From assembly GCA_963825135.1 (NCBI GenBank), contig CAWGRW010000009.1, positions 2,464,001 to 2,528,000 of the forward strand: a stretch of 64,000 nucleotides of DNA. Reading direction: 5' to 3'. Origin of the DNA: an uncultured bacterium. GTDB lineage: Bacteria > Desulfobacterota_D > UBA1144 > Nemesobacterales > UBA2774. The position numbers were made by a program, and so were the translations under genes. Shown here in pieces: positions 42,096 to 53,474 of this stretch. How positions within the stretch are numbered: position 1 is the first letter of the stretch; every line of letters starts with the position of its first letter. Below the pieces are notes generated by a model. The model was given only the letters and a program-made list of their open reading frames with translations, searched no databases and had not been told where the DNA came from.

Positions 42096-43931
42096 TTACT
42101 CGTTGCCGCCGTGCGCTTCGGTATTTTTCTCCTGTTTGGAGTATATGACCTCGGCGAACCTGTATGAAGCCTCTTTTAGCTCCTCGAATACTTCCTTTAT
42201 CAATACGTAATCGGCGCCGGTGAGGGCTTCTCTCATTTTCTCGACGGATTGCTCGATCTTTGAGCGGAGATCGGAATCTACCTTGTCCCCGTAGGAATCG
42301 ATCGTCCTGATGACCGAATAAAGCAGGCCCTCGGCTTCGTTTTTGAGAAGCGCGACGTCTTTCCGTCTCTTGTCGGTGTCCGTGCTCTCTTTGCTCTCTT
42401 CTATTATCTTCTGTATCTCGTCGTCGGACAATCCGCCCGAAGTTACCACCTGTATAGCCTGTTTCTTTCCGGTCCCGAGGTCCTTCGCGGACACGTGCAG
42501 TATTCCGTCCGCATCGACTTCGAAAGATACCTCTATCTGGGGAATGCCCCTCGGCGCGGGCGGTATTCCGATGAGGTTAAAGTTGGCAAGCGATATATTG
42601 CCGTCAACGAGGTCCCTTTCCCCCTGCAGTACGTGGATACCGACGAACTCCTGGTTGTCGAAAGCCGTCGTGAAAATCCTGCTCCGCTTTGTCGGAATCG
42701 TGGTGTTTCTTTCTATAATTTTGGTGAACAGGCCCCCTCTTGTCTCGACTCCGAGTGAGAGCGGTACTACGTCCAGCAGCAAGACCTCTTCCACTTTCCC
42801 CTCGAGGACTCCCCCCTGTATGGAGGCTCCGATAGCCACGACCTCTTCGGGGTTTATGCGTGTCTGGGGTTCTTTCTTGAATATGTCTCTGACTTTATCC
42901 TTAATTCTCGGCATCCTGGTCATTCCGCCGACAAGGACGACCTCCTCGATCTCGGACGGATTGAGCCTCGCGTCCTGGAGCGCTTGCTTGCACGGGATTT
43001 CGAGCCTGTCTACGAGGTCGCTGACCAGGTGCTCGAACTCGTCCCTTGTAATCTTGTAATTGAGGTGCTTGGGGCCCGTCTGGTCTACCGCAATGAACGG
43101 CAGGTTAATCGTCGTCTCCTGGACGGAGGAGAGCTCGTGTTTCGCCTTTTCACAGGTCTCCCGTATCCTCTGAAGCGCCATCTTGTCGTCTCTCAGGTCT
43201 ATCTCGTGCTGCTTTCTGAAGTCCTCGAGCACCAGTTCTATGAGCAGCTGGTCGAAATCGTCCCCCCCGAGGAACGTGTCTCCGCTCGTGGATTTAACCT
43301 CGAAGACTCCGTTGGCTATTTCCAGGATCGTTATATCGAATGTGCCTCCGCCGAGGTCGAAAACGGCAATTTTTTTATTCTCCGTTTTTTCGAACCCGTA
43401 GGCGAGCGCCGCTGCCGTGGGCTCGTTAATAATGCGCCTTACGTTAAGTCCTGCTATGCGCCCCGCGTCCTTTGTCGCCTGCCGCTGGAGGTCGTTGAAA
43501 TGTGCCGGGACGGTGATCACGGCGTCGGTTACCTCGTATCCGAGATACTCCTCGGCGACCTGCTTCATCTTTAACAGGACTATGGATGATATTTCCTGCG
43601 GGCCGTACATCCTTGCGTTGGTCTCTATCCAGGCGTCTCCGGACTCGTTGGGCACTATATCGTAGGGCACTATGCCCATTGCCTTCTGAACTTCGGGAGA
43701 GTCGAACCTCCTGCCGATGAGCCGCTTCACGCCGAATATGGTGGTAGTGGGGTTCACCACCGCCTGCCTCTTTGCGACCGCGCCCGCGAAACGGCTGTTG
43801 TCCTCCGTGAAGGCTACTACCGATGGGGTGACCCTGCTGCCTTCCTCGTTCGGTATGACGACCGGGCTCCCTCCCTCGATTATGGCGACGCATGAGTTGG
43901 TTGTTCCGAGATCTATCCCTACTATAGCCAT
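42096..43931 (-). CDS. dnaK: Chaperone DnaK (second paralog)
   Basis: [28 protein letters not shown]. Confidence 0.93.
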   Translation of the reverse strand: MAIVGIDLGTTNSCVAIIEGGSPVVIPNEEGSRVTPSVVAFTEDNSRFAGAVAKRQAVVNPTTTIFGVKRLIGRRFDSPEVQKAMGIVPYDIVPNESGDAWIETNARMYGPQEISSIVLLKMKQVAEEYLGYEVTDAVITVPAHFNDLQRQATKDAGRIAGLNVRRIINEPTAAALAYGFEKTENKKIAVFDLGGGTFDITILEIANGVFEVKSTSGDTFLGGDDFDQLLIELVLEDFRKQHEIDLRDDKMALQRIRETCEKAKHELSSVQETTINLPFIAVDQTGPKHLNYKITRDEFEHLVSDLVDRLEIPCKQALQDARLNPSEIEEVVLVGGMTRMPRIKDKVRDIFKKEPQTRINPEEVVAIGASIQGGVLEGKVEEVLLLDVVPLSLGVETRGGLFTKIIERNTTIPTKRSRIFTTAFDNQEFVGIHVLQGERDLVDGNISLANFNLIGIPPAPRGIPQIEVSFEVDADGILHVSAKDLGTGKKQAIQVVTSGGLSDDEIQKIIEESKESTDTDKRRKDVALLKNEAEGLLYSVIRTIDSYGDKVDSDLRSKIEQSVEKMREALTGADYVLIKEVFEELKEASYRFAEVIYSKQEKNTEAHGGNE

Positions 43932-43949
43932 TTTAGCCTTCCGTCTATC

Positions 43950-44594
43950 CTAGTTAGATTCATCGTCGGTAAGATCGAAAACATCTGCGGAATTTGATCT
44001 GTCCGCGCCCGGTGCCTGGCTGTTCTCAGCCTGACCGCTCGGACCCTTCGATACGACTACCAGCGCCGGTCTCAGGAGCCTGTCCTTGAGCACGTATCCC
44101 CGGAGCATTTCAGAAATTATCAACCCGGGCGTAAAGTCGGGTGACTCGACCCTCTCGATAGCCTGGTGTATTCTCGGGTCGAAGTCCTCTCCCGGCTGAG
44201 CGTCCACGAACTGGACGCCGAATTTCTCAAGGCAGCTTAAGAACTGCTTGTGCACGAGCCTGACCCCTTCAATCAGAGGCTTCGGGTCGTCCTCTGTCTT
44301 CGTGTGACCCAGGGCGCGTTCCAGATTATCTATAACGTTGAGGAGCGCCTTTATAAGCTCTTCGTTACCGTAGGCGATGACGTCCGCTTTTTCTTTTGCG
44401 AGCCTCTTCTTATAGTTCTCGAAATCAGCCGCAAGCCTGACGTATTTCTGATATAGATCCTGGTAGTCATTTCCGCCGCTTCCGCGCTTTCCTTTTGATT
44501 CCGCTTCGATTTCAGTTTCATCCTCCGGATAAGCTTCCCCGTTCTCGCTCAATTCCATATCTCCTTCTTTTTCGTCGTTGTCGTTCTGATTCAT
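43950..44594 (-). CDS. grpE: Nucleotide exchange factor GrpE
   Basis: RLAADFENYKKR, DNLERAL, FDPRIHQA, GYVLKDRLLRPALVVVS. Confidence 0.95.
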   Translation of the reverse strand: MNQNDNDEKEGDMELSENGEAYPEDETEIEAESKGKRGSGGNDYQDLYQKYVRLAADFENYKKRLAKEKADVIAYGNEELIKALLNVIDNLERALGHTKTEDDPKPLIEGVRLVHKQFLSCLEKFGVQFVDAQPGEDFDPRIHQAIERVESPDFTPGLIISEMLRGYVLKDRLLRPALVVVSKGPSGQAENSQAPGADRSNSADVFDLTDDESN

Positions 44595-44728
44595 ATTTAC
44601 CTCCTGCATTCAATTAACCGGCAACCGGGCATAATTCCATGTAATTATAGCGCTTATATAATGCGTCAGCGTATAACGCTAAACTTATGTCGTGCGGTAG
44701 AGGGCTGTGATTCTAAATCCTTATGCAA

Positions 44729-44757
44729 AATATAATAATCCTTCGATAATTTGTCAA
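44729..44757 (-). promoter_or_regulatory. Sigma70-type promoter of grpE-dnaK-dnaJ
   Basis: TTGACA-17 nt-TATATT on the minus strand. Confidence 0.7.
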
Positions 44758-44804
44758 CGTAAACGCACCCTCTATTAAACGCTGTCATATCACCCGGCCG
44801 CCGG

Positions 44805-45731
44805 TCAGCGTATCATATTATACGCGATCCCCTCAAGAAGCCCGGAGTCGCTGACGACCATCGCTGAGGACCCAAACCTGTCCATCGTCTTGAGCACTAT
44901 GATTATGCCGGAAATGATGAGGTCCTCTCTCCCCTTTTCGAGGCCCGGGACGGTTACACGTTCGGGTTTAGGGATTTTCATGAGCCGATTGAAGGTACGC
45001 TCGGCCATTTCACGCGTCAGGGTGAAATTGTTTACGAGGGCCGGGTCGTATCGGGTCAAACGAAGCTCTATCGAGGCTAGCGTCGTGGGGGTTCCGGCGG
45101 TGCCTATGAGAGTAAGGTCTCTTCCGCCCGCTGCGGGGAACGAGGAAAGGCCTTCCGTGATCGCCTCGCCGATGTGCCTGCCGAGCGCCGCGATGTCGGA
45201 GTCCGTGTCGGTGTCGTTGCCGAGGTATTGTTCAGTGAGTCGTACGACCCCGAGGCCCGTGCTCGTAATGTCTGTTATCACTCCCTCTTTCACGTAAACG
45301 TATTCGGTGCTCCCGCCGCCTATGTCGAATATAAGGCAGTCGGGTGTATGGTATTTCACCGATCTGAGCGCTCCCGCGACCGTAAGCCTCGCTTCTTCGT
45401 CGCCTGAAATTACCTCTACCGGAATGCCCGTTTCCTCCCTGACCCTCTTTACGAACTCCCGGCCGTTCGCGGATTCTCTCACCGCGCTCGTGGCAACGGC
45501 TCTCAGCTCTCCGACTCCGTATTCTTTAATTTTGAGGGAGAAGCCGGAGAGCGCTTTCAAAGACCTATCTATGGCGTTCGGATTTATGAGCATCCTGCCG
45601 GGCGAGAGCCCTTCCCCGAGCCGCGTTATCTCGCGCGCTATATAGAGCTTTTTAAGGGAATTCCCGTGATCGGGCTCCGAGACCAGAAGCCTGAAGGTGT
45701 TCGTGCCTATGTCTATAGATGCTATTCGCAC
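44805..45731 (-). CDS. Ppx/GppA phosphatase family
   Basis: SIDIGTNT, ATSAVRE, ISGDEEA, DIGGGSTE. Confidence 0.92.
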   Translation of the reverse strand: MRIASIDIGTNTFRLLVSEPDHGNSLKKLYIAREITRLGEGLSPGRMLINPNAIDRSLKALSGFSLKIKEYGVGELRAVATSAVRESANGREFVKRVREETGIPVEVISGDEEARLTVAGALRSVKYHTPDCLIFDIGGGSTEYVYVKEGVITDITSTGLGVVRLTEQYLGNDTDTDSDIAALGRHIGEAITEGLSSFPAAGGRDLTLIGTAGTPTTLASIELRLTRYDPALVNNFTLTREMAERTFNRLMKIPKPERVTVPGLEKGREDLIISGIIIVLKTMDRFGSSAMVVSDSGLLEGIAYNMIR

Positions 45732-45924
45732 TTTGCAGTCTCTCGTGAAGGAGATTTAATACCGTCCCCCCCGATCCGCGTGGACACTATAATGATATAC
45801 CAGATTTATAAAGGAATGAAAGGGCAAACGCAAGCAAACTTAAAGAACTTGTGTAGAAAAGGTAAACCTTTATATGTCCCGCCGCATGCTTTCGGGGACT
45901 ATGTTTAGATCCGTAGTCCCTGCA

Positions 45925-48006
45925 TCAGTGCTCCTGAGCGGCTTTGGAGCCGCCCGCTTCTTCTATTATCTTCGCCGTGAGATGATCGGGGACCTCTTCG
46001 TAATGAGAAAAATCCATGGTGAACGTGCCCCGGCCGCTGGTGACGGATCTGAGCTCGGGCGCATAGGTGAGGACCTCGGCCATCGGGATGAGCGCCCTTA
46101 TCACGTGGGTCCCGGCAAGGGAATCCACCCCGGAGACCTTGCCCCTTCTCGAGTTTACGTCCCCTATTACGTCGCCCATGCATTCGTCAGGGACCGATAT
46201 GTCCATCTTCATGACCGGCTCGAGTATTACGGGTTTCGCCCCTTCCATCGCCTTCCTGAAACCCATGGAGCCCGCTATCTGAAAGGCGATGTCCGACGAG
46301 TCGACAGGATGGTACTTGCCGTCGAAGAGACTGACCTTCATGTCCACTACCGGATAGCCCGCGGCCACGCCCTTCTTCATCGCCTCTATGACCCCCTTTT
46401 CCACCGAGGGTATGAAGTTCTTGGGTATGACGCCCCCGACTATGTTATTTACGAATTCGAATCCCTTGCCCCTGGGCAGCGCCTCGACTTCGAGCCACGC
46501 GTCTCCGTACTGCCCCCTTCCGCCCGTCTGCTTGATGTATTTACCCTCAGCCTTGGCTTTACCCCTGACGGTCTCTTTGTAGGGCACCCGGGGCTTCTTC
46601 AGCTCTACGTTGACCCCGTATACGTCCCTGAGCTTGTGTACGATTACCTCGACGTGGGACTGCCCGGTTCCCGAAAGAAGGAATTCCTTTGTCTCTTCGT
46701 CGAGTCTGTAATGTATGGTCGGGTCTTCTTCAGCGATCCTGGCGAGGGACGGGTTCAGCTTGTCTTCGTCGTTTCGGGTCTTGGGCTCGATTGCGTAGGA
46801 GAGCACCGCCGCCGGAAGCTCTACCGGAGGGATGACGAGCTGGTGGGCCTCGTCCGTGAGCGTATCCCCCGTGGACGCGTCCTTGAGCTTGTTGACAGCG
46901 ACTATGTCGCCGCACGATGCCGGGCTGTAGGGGTATTCCTTTTTGCCGACGAGCCTGTGGAGATGCCCGAGCTTTTCCTTGACCCTCTTGCTGGCGTTGT
47001 ATATGCTCGAGTCCCCGTTGAGCGATCCCGAATACACCCTGAATATCGATATCTTGCCCGCGTAGGGGTCGGATACGGTCTTGAAAATGTACGCCGTGAA
47101 GGGCTCTTTTTCATCCGGCTTCCTCTCCGCTTTCTCGCCCACCGGGTTTAGTCCTTCGATGGTTTTTCTCTCAACCGGAGACGGGAGGTATTTCGCTACC
47201 GCGTCGCTGAGCACGTTTATCCCCACCATGTGGGTCGCGGAGCCGATGAACACGGGGAATATCTTCGCTCCGAGTATCCCTTCATGGAGCATCCCGATTA
47301 TCTTTCCCTCGTCGATGGCCTCTCCTTCGAGATATTTCTCAAGGAGCTCGTCGTCGAGCTCCGCGATCGATTCCAGCACCTTCTCCCTCTGGGACCCGGC
47401 TTCTTCTTTCATATCCTCCGGGATCGGAATCTCCTCGTAATTCGCGCCGCCTCCGTATTTATAGGCCTTCATTTCGATAACGTCTATGACGCCCTTGAAA
47501 TCGTGGTGCTGGCCTATGGGGAATGTGAGCGGGAGGAGCTTTACCTTGAGCTCTTTCGATAAACTGCCGAGAGTCGCGTCGAGGCTCGTGTTTTCCCTGT
47601 CGAGTTTATTTATGAAAATTATCTTCGGCAGGTCGCCCGTCATGTCCCAATATTTCCGGACCTGAACGGCGACGTCGCCGCCCACGGCGCCGACCACTAT
47701 GACCGCGCCGTCCACTACTCTTAATGCGTTTTCAGTTTCGTATAAAAAATTTAGAAATCCGGGTGTGTCTATCAGGTTTATGAGGTGGGTTTTGGTTTCG
47801 AAGAACGCTACGTGGGAATTTATAGACATCCTCCGGTGTTTCTCTTCGGATTCGTAATCCAGCACGGAGCTGCCGTCGTCGACTTTTCCCTGTTTATCGG
47901 TGGCTCCGTTGAGGAATAAGAGCGCTTCGGCCAGAGATGTTTTACCTGCGCCGTGGGGAGCAACGAGCGCAATATTCCTTACGCTTTCCCGACCATACTC
48001 CTTCAT
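45925..48006 (-). CDS. Elongation factor G-like protein (EF-G2)
   Basis: Full EF-G length; HGAGKTS, DTPGFLNF, NKLD, KQTGGRGQYG. Confidence 0.9.
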   Translation of the reverse strand: MKEYGRESVRNIALVAPHGAGKTSLAEALLFLNGATDKQGKVDDGSSVLDYESEEKHRRMSINSHVAFFETKTHLINLIDTPGFLNFLYETENALRVVDGAVIVVGAVGGDVAVQVRKYWDMTGDLPKIIFINKLDRENTSLDATLGSLSKELKVKLLPLTFPIGQHHDFKGVIDVIEMKAYKYGGGANYEEIPIPEDMKEEAGSQREKVLESIAELDDELLEKYLEGEAIDEGKIIGMLHEGILGAKIFPVFIGSATHMVGINVLSDAVAKYLPSPVERKTIEGLNPVGEKAERKPDEKEPFTAYIFKTVSDPYAGKISIFRVYSGSLNGDSSIYNASKRVKEKLGHLHRLVGKKEYPYSPASCGDIVAVNKLKDASTGDTLTDEAHQLVIPPVELPAAVLSYAIEPKTRNDEDKLNPSLARIAEEDPTIHYRLDEETKEFLLSGTGQSHVEVIVHKLRDVYGVNVELKKPRVPYKETVRGKAKAEGKYIKQTGGRGQYGDAWLEVEALPRGKGFEFVNNIVGGVIPKNFIPSVEKGVIEAMKKGVAAGYPVVDMKVSLFDGKYHPVDSSDIAFQIAGSMGFRKAMEGAKPVILEPVMKMDISVPDECMGDVIGDVNSRRGKVSGVDSLAGTHVIRALIPMAEVLTYAPELRSVTSGRGTFTMDFSHYEEVPDHLTAKIIEEAGGSKAAQEH

Positions 48007-48125
48007 GGAAGATTACCTCCGTAGTCTGTCGTTGACAAAAATACTCATAGAAGCCCTTTGTCGTCTCTCCTCAGTAAATAATGTTCCCTAAAGCTGATGG
48101 CTTATTGATTCCCAGGTCGACGGCC

Positions 48126-48329
48126 CTAGTTCTTGGCGTACTTTCTTCTGAACCTTTCGACCCTGCCCTTGGACTCGGCCGCCCTTTCTTTCCCCGTGTA
48201 GAATGGATGACAGTTGGAGCAGACCTCTACCGTGAAGTCATTAAAACGCGTGGACTTGGTTTTATATTGGGTGCCGCAGGAACAGCTTATGGTGACCTCT
48301 TTATACTCCGGATGGATTCCAGCTTTCAT
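48126..48329 (-). CDS. rpmE: 50S ribosomal protein L31 (Zn-binding type)
   Basis: [32 protein letters not shown]. Confidence 0.96.
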   Translation of the reverse strand: MKAGIHPEYKEVTISCSCGTQYKTKSTRFNDFTVEVCSNCHPFYTGKERAAESKGRVERFRRKYAKN

Positions 48330-48452
48330 TGAAAATGCCTCCTTGTATGCCGGCAATGTATATTTTTGTTGATAAGACCCCCCACCCCTTAATATTAAAT
48401 TAACATTTAAAAACTAAGTGGGCAAGAGCGGACTCGAGTCTCGCGGGTAAAT

Positions 48453-48480
48453 AAAAAGGCGGCATACGGCCGCCTTTTTT
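48453..48480. terminator. Intrinsic terminator downstream of dnaK
   Basis: aaaaaggcggc-atacg-gccgcctttttt hairpin with A/T tracts on both sides. Confidence 0.85.
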
Positions 48481-48511
48481 GTCGTTTCAATTGCCAATTT
48501 CTCTGCTGGTC

Positions 48512-50458
48512 TTATTTTTCAGTGAATTCGGCGTCTATTACGTCGTCGCCGTCCTTGCCGCCGTCCCCTTCCTTGCCGCTCTCGTCTTCCGGCGCCTGCC
48601 CCGAGCCGTCCTGTCCGGCGCTGGTCTCCTGCGCCCCCGCCTCGCCCTGGGACTGCTGCTTGTACATGAGCTCGGCCAGCTTGTGGGAAGCCTGGGTTAT
48701 CTTTTCCGTGGAGGATTCGATCTCGCCGGGGTCGCTGCCCTTTACGGCTTTGCGGCCCTGCTCGAGGGCCTCTTCGAGGTCCTTCTTATCGCCCTCCGGG
48801 AGCTTCCCTTCGAATTCCTTAAAGCTCTTTTCCGTCCTGTAGATAAGCTCGTCGAGCTTGTTCTTCTTCTCCACGAGCTCGTGACGTTTCCTGTCGTCCT
48901 CGGATTTCTCCTCGGCGTCCCTGATCATCTTGTCCACCTCGTCCTTGGAGAGTCCGCTCGAGGCCTCGACCCTTATCTTCTGCTCCTTCTGACTGGCCAG
49001 GTCCTTCGCGGAAACGTGGAGTATCCCGTCGGCGTCTATATCAAACGCGACTTCCACCTGAGGGATGCCCCTCGCGGACGGCGGTATGCCGTCGAGTATG
49101 AACCTCGCGAGCGTCCTGTTGTCGGCCGACATCTGCCGCTCTCCCTGGAGCACGTGGATTTCGACGGACGTCTGATTGTCCTCCGCGGTCGTGAACACCT
49201 GGCTTTTCTTTGTCGGTATCGTCGTATTCCTTTCGATTATCTTCGTCATGACTCCGCCCAGCGTCTCGATTCCGAGCGAAAGCGGCGTTACGTCGAGCAG
49301 CAGGACGTCCCTTACCTCGCCGCCGAGCACGGCTCCCTGAATGGCCGCTCCCATAGCCACGACCTCGTCCGGGTTAATCCCCTTGTGAGGCTCCTTGCCG
49401 AAGAAATCGGTGACTACCTTTTGGACGAGCGGTATTCTGGTCGATCCTCCGACGAGAATCACTTCGTCTATGTCGCCCGCCTTGACCCCCGCGTCCTTGA
49501 GCGCCTGACGGCAGGGCTCGAGCGTGCCCTTCACCTTCTCATCGATGAGCTGCTCGAACTTGGAACGCGTAATCTTCATAACGAGGTGCTTGGGCCCGGA
49601 GGCGTCGGCCGTGATGAACGGCAGGTTGATCTCTGTTTCGAGCGTATTGGAGAGCTCGATCTTCGCCTTCTCCGATTCCTGTCTCAGCCTCTGAAGGGCC
49701 ATCTTGTCGTTGCCTAGGTCTATGCCGGATTCCTTCTTGAATTCGCTGATTATGTAGTCCATTATCAGCCTGTCGAAATCGTCACCGCCCAGGTGAGTGT
49801 CGCCGTTGGTGGATTTGACCTCGATTACGTTGTCGCCCACTTCGAGAATGGATATGTCGAACGTGCCTCCGCCCAGGTCGTATACCGCGATCGTGCCCTC
49901 GCCCTTCTTGTCGAACCCGTACGACAGGGCCGCAGCCGTGGGCTCGTTGATTATCCTCTTCACTTCAAGGCCCGCGATTTTACCCGCGTCCTTGGTCGCC
50001 TGCCTCTGGCTGTCGTTGAAATAAGCGGGGACCGTGATCACGGCCTCCTTTATTTCGCCCCCGACGTAGTCCTCGGCCGCCTTTTTCAGTTTCATCAGGA
50101 CGTGGGAGGAAATCTGCGGCGGGGAATACTGCTTCCCCATAGCCTCCACCCATGCGTCGTCGTTTTTAGTCTTTACCATTTTGTACGGGAGTCTCTTGGC
50201 TTCGCCCTCGACTTCCTCGTAGCGCCTCCCCATGAGTCTCTTCACGGAGAATATCGTGTTTTCCGGATTGACGACCGCCTGCCTCTTCGCGGGACCTCCC
50301 ACGAGGATGTCGCCGTCCTTGGTAAAAGCCACGATCGACGGTGTGATGCGAGCTCCCTCTTCGTTTATGATTACCTTCGGTTCTCCGCCTTCGACTATAG
50401 CCACCACCGAGTTCGTAGTTCCGAGGTCGATTCCGATTATCTTGCCGCTTTTCGCCAT
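48512..50458 (-). CDS. dnaK: Chaperone DnaK (canonical)
   Basis: [36 protein letters not shown]-terminal DVIDAEF. Confidence 0.96.
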   Translation of the reverse strand: MAKSGKIIGIDLGTTNSVVAIVEGGEPKVIINEEGARITPSIVAFTKDGDILVGGPAKRQAVVNPENTIFSVKRLMGRRYEEVEGEAKRLPYKMVKTKNDDAWVEAMGKQYSPPQISSHVLMKLKKAAEDYVGGEIKEAVITVPAYFNDSQRQATKDAGKIAGLEVKRIINEPTAAALSYGFDKKGEGTIAVYDLGGGTFDISILEVGDNVIEVKSTNGDTHLGGDDFDRLIMDYIISEFKKESGIDLGNDKMALQRLRQESEKAKIELSNTLETEINLPFITADASGPKHLVMKITRSKFEQLIDEKVKGTLEPCRQALKDAGVKAGDIDEVILVGGSTRIPLVQKVVTDFFGKEPHKGINPDEVVAMGAAIQGAVLGGEVRDVLLLDVTPLSLGIETLGGVMTKIIERNTTIPTKKSQVFTTAEDNQTSVEIHVLQGERQMSADNRTLARFILDGIPPSARGIPQVEVAFDIDADGILHVSAKDLASQKEQKIRVEASSGLSKDEVDKMIRDAEEKSEDDRKRHELVEKKNKLDELIYRTEKSFKEFEGKLPEGDKKDLEEALEQGRKAVKGSDPGEIESSTEKITQASHKLAELMYKQQSQGEAGAQETSAGQDGSGQAPEDESGKEGDGGKDGDDVIDAEFTEK

Positions 50459-50486
50459 TTTCCTGGCCTCCTGATCGTTATATTCT

Positions 50487-51344
50487 TTATGACTTACCCT
50501 GAGTGACCGTCGTTTCGACCTCGCCTCTCAGCTTTTTGAGCGCCTGAACCTCAATCTGCCTGACCCTTTCCTTGGATATGCCCAGCTCATCGCCGAGCTC
50601 CCTCAGCTTGCCCTGCGGCATGGAGAGATACCTGCTCTCTATCACGCGCTTCTCGCGGGGCGTCAGTTTCTTTAATCCGGCCTTAAGACCTTCCCTTGCC
50701 AGTCCGGACTCCTCAATGGATTCGAGCACCTCTTCCTGGTTGGAACCCGAGTCCGAAACGGTATCGAGATACGTTATCGATTCGTCTTCATTTACTGTCG
50801 TATCCAGAGAGAAGTCTCTCGATGCCGTCCTGAATTCCATGTTTATCACGTCTTTGTCTCTGACGCCGAACACCTCGGCGACCCTCCGGATATCGGAATC
50901 GCTCATGTCGTCGTGCCTGATATTAAGGTTCTTCTTGGCCCTTCCGATTTTATGGAACAGCTTCCTCTCCGCCTGAGTGGTGCCTATCTTGACCTGGCTC
51001 CAGAATTGCATGATGTGGTTCTGAATCCTGGCCCTTATCCACCATACTGCGTACGAGATCAGCCTGTAGCCTTTGTAAGGGTTGAATTTTTTAACAGCGT
51101 TCATGAGCCCGATAGTGCCTTCCTGTACGAGATCGCCAAGAGGGAACCCGTAGGAGATATACTCGGACGCTATCTTAATTACGAACCTGAGGTTGGATAC
51201 AATAAGCTTGTTGGCCGCTTCCAGGTCGTTTTCCTCGTAATATCTGACAGCGAGGCTGTATTCTTCTTCCTTGCTTAGAACCGGGTATTTATCTACTTCC
51301 TTTAAAAAAATACCCATCGGCTCTCTTATAGCTACCGCCTTCAT
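50487..51344 (-). CDS. rpoH: RpoH-like (sigma32) factor
   Basis: [27 protein letters not shown], RpoH-box-like [19 protein letters not shown]. Confidence 0.8.
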   Translation of the reverse strand: MKAVAIREPMGIFLKEVDKYPVLSKEEEYSLAVRYYEENDLEAANKLIVSNLRFVIKIASEYISYGFPLGDLVQEGTIGLMNAVKKFNPYKGYRLISYAVWWIRARIQNHIMQFWSQVKIGTTQAERKLFHKIGRAKKNLNIRHDDMSDSDIRRVAEVFGVRDKDVINMEFRTASRDFSLDTTVNEDESITYLDTVSDSGSNQEEVLESIEESGLAREGLKAGLKKLTPREKRVIESRYLSMPQGKLRELGDELGISKERVRQIEVQALKKLRGEVETTVTQGKS

Positions 51345-51539
51345 AAGTTATAAAACCTCCTTTTTCAAAACTAATCATCATCGGGGAAATGTCAAGGGGG
51401 CCGATCTTCGGACCGATAAATATATTATCTCAATTATGGAAGATAGTTAGAGTGTAATTATTGATGTTTTTCTTAAAATTATCCGGGTGTCGGGGACATG
51501 TGTACCCCCACCCGGCCTGCCGCGAGTCCCGGACTGCGG

Positions 51540-52706
51540 TCAGCCGGCCTGAGCGGCCTCGACGACTCTCCCCGCCGCTTCCCTCATATCCCCGCCGGTG
51601 ATTATGTTGAGTCCTGATTCCGACAGCATTTTCCGTCCGAGCTCCACGTTCGTCCCCTCGAGTCTGACTACCAGCGGGACGCTTATGCCTACCTCTTTCG
51701 CGGCCGCGATTATACCCTCGGCTATAGTATCGCATTTCATTATGCCGCCGAATATGTTCACGAATATGGCCTTTACGTTCGGGTCGCTCAGTATCATCTT
51801 GAACGCCTGTGTTACCTGCTCGGTATTCGCCCCTCCGCCGACGTCGAGGAAGTTTGCGGGCTCCCCCCCGTGGTGCTTGATTATATCCATCGTGGACATG
51901 GCGAGGCCTGCGCCGTTCACGAGGCAGCCAATGTTGCCGTCGAGCTTAACGTAGCTTATTCCCCACTTCTTGGCCTCGAGCTCGGTCGGGTCCTCCTCTG
52001 AAGGGTCGTGGAGCTTTTCGATGTCCGGGTGCCTGAAAAGGGCGTTGTCGTCGAAGTTCATCTTCGCGTCAAGCGCCAGCACTTCCCCGCTCTTCGTCAG
52101 TATGAGGGGGTTAATCTCCGCGAGAGAGCAGTCCTTTTCGGTGAATAACTGGTAGAGGCCGGATATGAATTTCACGGCCTTGTTGACGGTCTTGCCTTCG
52201 AGTCCCAGGAAATAGGCGATTTTTCTACACTGATAGGGAAGGAGCCCGACGGTGGGGTCTACGTATTCCCTCGTTATTTTTGAGGGGCTTTTCCTTGCCA
52301 CCTCTTCGATCTCCATGCCGCCCTCGCGGCTCGCCATGACGACTATCTGCTCCTTTGACCTGTCGATGACCATGCCGAGATAAAATTCCTTCTCTATATC
52401 GGAGGCCTCTTCCACGAGCACCTTCTGTACGAGCTTGCCCTCGGGGCCCGTCTGATGGGTCACGAGTATCATGCCCAGTATCTCGGACGCAATCCGCTTA
52501 ACCTCTTCGAGAGAGCTTGCGAGCTTGACACCCCCGCCCTTACCCCTCCCCCCGGCGTGGATCTGGGCCTTTATGACGACCTTCTCTACGTTGAGGTCCT
52601 TCGCTATCTGGTGCGCTTCGTCGTGGTGGAAAGCGACCTTTCCGGTGGGCGTGGGTACTCCGTACTGGGAAAGAAGCTCCTTGGCCTGGTACTCGTGGAT
52701 ATTCAA
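51540..52706 (-). CDS. sucC: Succinyl-CoA synthetase beta subunit
   Basis: (M)[41 protein letters not shown] start with AGGAGG SD. Confidence 0.96.
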   Translation of the reverse strand: MNIHEYQAKELLSQYGVPTPTGKVAFHHDEAHQIAKDLNVEKVVIKAQIHAGGRGKGGGVKLASSLEEVKRIASEILGMILVTHQTGPEGKLVQKVLVEEASDIEKEFYLGMVIDRSKEQIVVMASREGGMEIEEVARKSPSKITREYVDPTVGLLPYQCRKIAYFLGLEGKTVNKAVKFISGLYQLFTEKDCSLAEINPLILTKSGEVLALDAKMNFDDNALFRHPDIEKLHDPSEEDPTELEAKKWGISYVKLDGNIGCLVNGAGLAMSTMDIIKHHGGEPANFLDVGGGANTEQVTQAFKMILSDPNVKAIFVNIFGGIMKCDTIAEGIIAAAKEVGISVPLVVRLEGTNVELGRKMLSESGLNIITGGDMREAAGRVVEAAQAG

Positions 52707-52733
52707 TTTGAATCCTCCTGTGAAAGACTGAGT

Positions 52734-53474
52734 TTACTGCTTCGGGCCGCCCTTGAATTTGTCGAGAAGCCACTGAAGCGGATCGAAATACGTATCGGCA
52801 ACCCTTTCCTTCAAGGGGATGATGGCGTTATCGGTTATATGTATGTGCTCCGGGCACACTTCCGTGCAGCATTTAGTGATATTGCAGTACCCTATGCCCG
52901 CCTGGCCCCTCAGGTACTCCTTGCGGTCGAGCGTATCTAGGGGGTGCATTTCGAGCTCGGCAACTTTTATAAGCATCCTGGGGCCGATGAATTCGTTTTT
53001 CTTGTCGTGGTTTCTCAGGATGTGGCAGACGTCCTGGCAGAGGAAGCACTCGATGCACTTCCTGAACTCCTGGCCCCTCTCGACGTCTTCCTGATACATC
53101 ACCCATTTCGTGTCCTTCGCAGGAGTAAACGGGGGTATCGTTTTTCTGACCTTATAGTTCCATGAGACGTCCGTGACGAGGTCCTTGATTATCGGGAACG
53201 TTTTGACCGGGTATACGGTTACGGGCTTGTCGAGGGGGAGCGTATCGAGCCTGGTCTTGCAGGTGAGCTTCGGCATGCCGTTTATTTCCGCGCTGCAGGA
53301 GCCGCATTTGGCGGCCTTGCAGTTCCACCTCACGGCCAGGTCCCCGTCGTAATTCGCCTGAATGAAGTGGATGGCGTCAAGGACGACCATTCCCTCTTCG
53401 AGAGGGACTTCGTATTCCTTTTCCGCGCCCCCGTTCGAGTCTCCCCTGTACACACGCATTTTCACGACAGCCAT
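52734..53474 (-). CDS. sdhB: Succinate dehydrogenase iron-sulfur subunit
   Basis: CKAAKCGSC, CIECFLCQDVC, CNITKCCTEVCP. Confidence 0.92.
   Translation of the reverse strand: MAVVKMRVYRGDSNGGAEKEYEVPLEEGMVVLDAIHFIQANYDGDLAVRWNCKAAKCGSCSAEINGMPKLTCKTRLDTLPLDKPVTVYPVKTFPIIKDLVTDVSWNYKVRKTIPPFTPAKDTKWVMYQEDVERGQEFRKCIECFLCQDVCHILRNHDKKNEFIGPRMLIKVAELEMHPLDTLDRKEYLRGQAGIGYCNITKCCTEVCPEHIHITDNAIIPLKERVADTYFDPLQWLLDKFKGGPKQ

Noticed and set aside
44595..44804. CIRCE operator or sigma32 promoter upstream of grpE
   Set aside because: No TTAGCACTC-N9-GAGTGCTAA and no CTTGAA/CCCCAT pair; only a sigma70-like promoter is seen.
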